Part shown: piece after piece, positions 62,854 through 64,000 of the stretch
Numbering within the stretch: position 1 is the stretch's first letter
How the letters are laid out: the number at the start of each line of letters is the position of its first letter
Assembly: GCA_964372095.1 (NCBI GenBank)
Contig: CAYJPV010000003.1
Location: 56,963 to 120,962 of the forward strand
Origin: an uncultured Vicinamibacterales bacterium
Lineage (GTDB): Bacteria; Acidobacteriota; Vicinamibacteria; Vicinamibacterales; JAKQTR01
Direction: 5' to 3'
DNA length: 64,000 nucleotides
Position numbers and translations under genes: made by a program
The notes under the pieces: model-generated
The model's input: the letters and a program-made list of their open reading frames with translations, nothing else
The model's database searches: none
Told to the model about the DNA's origin: nothing

Positions 62854-64000
62854 TCAGTGCGAACCGGCGAACACAACCTGATTGGATCCTCGGTACGACA
62901 CCATGACGGTGGCCTGCTGCTCGCCGGTGGACGCATGGCGCACGCGAATCGCGCGTGTGCCGACCGGGACCGGCTGTGGCGGAACCGGTGTCGTACCCAC
63001 GAAGGTCCCGTCGATCCACACCTCCGCCCCGGCTGGGGCGACGATCGCGAGGGGTGCCGGCGGCAGCGTAACGTTGACGGCGGCAACGGCGCCGGGTTTC
63101 ACGTCGACCGTCCGTGTCGTCCTGAACCCGAGGATCGTGCTGGTCAGTTCGAGCGTGTGCGGGCCCGGCGCCACCATCAGGCGGCCACTCTCGGTCGTCC
63201 CCATCACGACGCCGCCTTCAGCGATCTGGAGTTCGACGGGCGCGAACACCGCGAGCCATCCAGGGTAGATGGGGACGAGCACGTCCTGGATCTCACCGGC
63301 CTGCACGTGTACGGACGTCCGAACCGTCCCGGCGGCCCCGCGCAGGGTCACTGTGTGGTCACCTTCGGACAGGCCCGCGAGCTCCAGGGGGGCCCGACCT
63401 CGTTCGACCCCATCGAGCCAGACGGCAGCACCGTCCGGCTGCGACAGGACCCGGATCGCGCCGGTCGCCGGTGGGACGACCTCGCGCGGACGCTCGCGGT
63501 GATCCGCCGGCCCCGCCGCTGTCAGCAGCTGCCCGGCGAGAGCACGCGCCCGAACCAGCAGTTCACCATCGGCGTAGCGCAGACCGGACGACACGAGGAG
63601 CACCGCAAGCAGGCAGCCGGCAAGGCGCCTGACCCAGGGAGATTGCGCCGCCGCCCCGCCGATCCGCCATGAGGTCTGGCCGACCGACGCCACCGCGCCG
63701 GCGGCAGCCGTCCCGGTGCGACGCGCCAGCGCGTCCCCGCACCGGGCGGTTGCGACACCAAGTCGCCCCGCCCCCCGCAACGTCCGCCCGACGATGGGGA
63801 CCACTGCCACAGCCAGGCGCGTCGCGCTGCTTACCACGACGCACCCCACGACGCGTCCCCCGTGGAGGGCGGACGTACATGTCCATATCGCTGCCGCAGA
63901 CGCGGTTCGCGCGAACCGCCTCATCCCGACGATGGCACGCCGCGCGCTCGTCGTCGAGGCACGCACACCCGCTGCGATGATCACCAGCCCGGCAAGACGG
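62854..64000 (-). CDS. PEGA domain-containing membrane protein; N-terminus probably beyond the window edge
   Basis: PEGA-like units (IRVLSQPDGAAVWLDGVERGRAPLELAGLSEGDHTVTL; LAIVAPAGAEVWIDGTFVGTTPVPP...VGTRAIRV). TM CLLAVLLVSSGL. The frame stays open upstream of GTG 63984 to base 64000. Confidence 0.7.
   Translation of the reverse strand, partial: RLAGLVIIAAGVRASTTSARRAIVGMRRFARTASAAAIWTCTSALHGGRVVGCVVVSSATRLAVAVVPIVGRTLRGAGRLGVATARCGDALARRTGTAAAGAVASVGQTSWRIGGAAAQSPWVRRLAGCLLAVLLVSSGLRYADGELLVRARALAGQLLTAAGPADHRERPREVVPPATGAIRVLSQPDGAAVWLDGVERGRAPLELAGLSEGDHTVTLRGAAGTVRTSVHVQAGEIQDVLVPIYPGWLAVFAPVELQIAEGGVVMGTTESGRLMVAPGPHTLELTSTILGFRTTRTVDVKPGAVAAVNVTLPPAPLAIVAPAGAEVWIDGTFVGTTPVPPQPVPVGTRAIRVRHASTGEQQATVMVSYRGSNQVVFAGSH

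Overview
High-GC (roughly 68-70%) bacterial chromosomal segment. I support about 49 protein-coding genes (two truncated by the window edges), one gene relic and one unannotated small ORF. I found no rRNA, tRNA, CRISPR array, transposase, integrase or prophage genes. Gene content suggests an Acidobacteria-like soil bacterium (inference only): a CarboxypepD_reg-type TonB-dependent receptor, a TMTC-like TPR protein, a BlaI/BlaR-HEAT pair, DUF5916, DUF2911, DUF4097, a PEGA protein, and many secreted S8/S9/M20/M56 peptidases. Recognisable modules: (1) an aromatic amino-acid operon (aminotransferase-TyrA fusion plus DAHP synthase-chorismate mutase); (2) a BlaI/BlaR-HEAT sensor pair followed by DUF5916, a secreted HEAT paralog, a methyltransferase and an S8 protease; (3) a five-gene, mostly secreted cluster holding two class-V PLP enzymes; (4) a hydantoinase / DHDPS-family / VOC / alanine-symporter cluster; (5) an atypical Hsp70 coupled to a membrane HEAT protein. 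Most noteworthy observations: (a) five strictly 7-nt-period tandem arrays with unrelated unit sequences, all close to gene ends; two have sense-strand G-quadruplex potential and two place TAG in all three frames. (b) A candidate leader-peptide attenuator (MTRRSAYLSFTYWTDVQRDFDG plus an intrinsic terminator 7 nt before the start codon) ahead of the aromatic operon. (c) Three TGCTA-N6-TAGCA dyads that may link the BlaI-like repressor to its own operon and to the DUF5916 gene. (d) A hexapeptide RIVWGD repeat tail on the S8 protease. (e) A G16 run followed by a poly-C tract between two convergent genes; it corrupts the hydantoinase 3' end and could be an assembly artefact or a hypermutable tract. 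All functional calls come from motif recognition by eye. No database searches were run.
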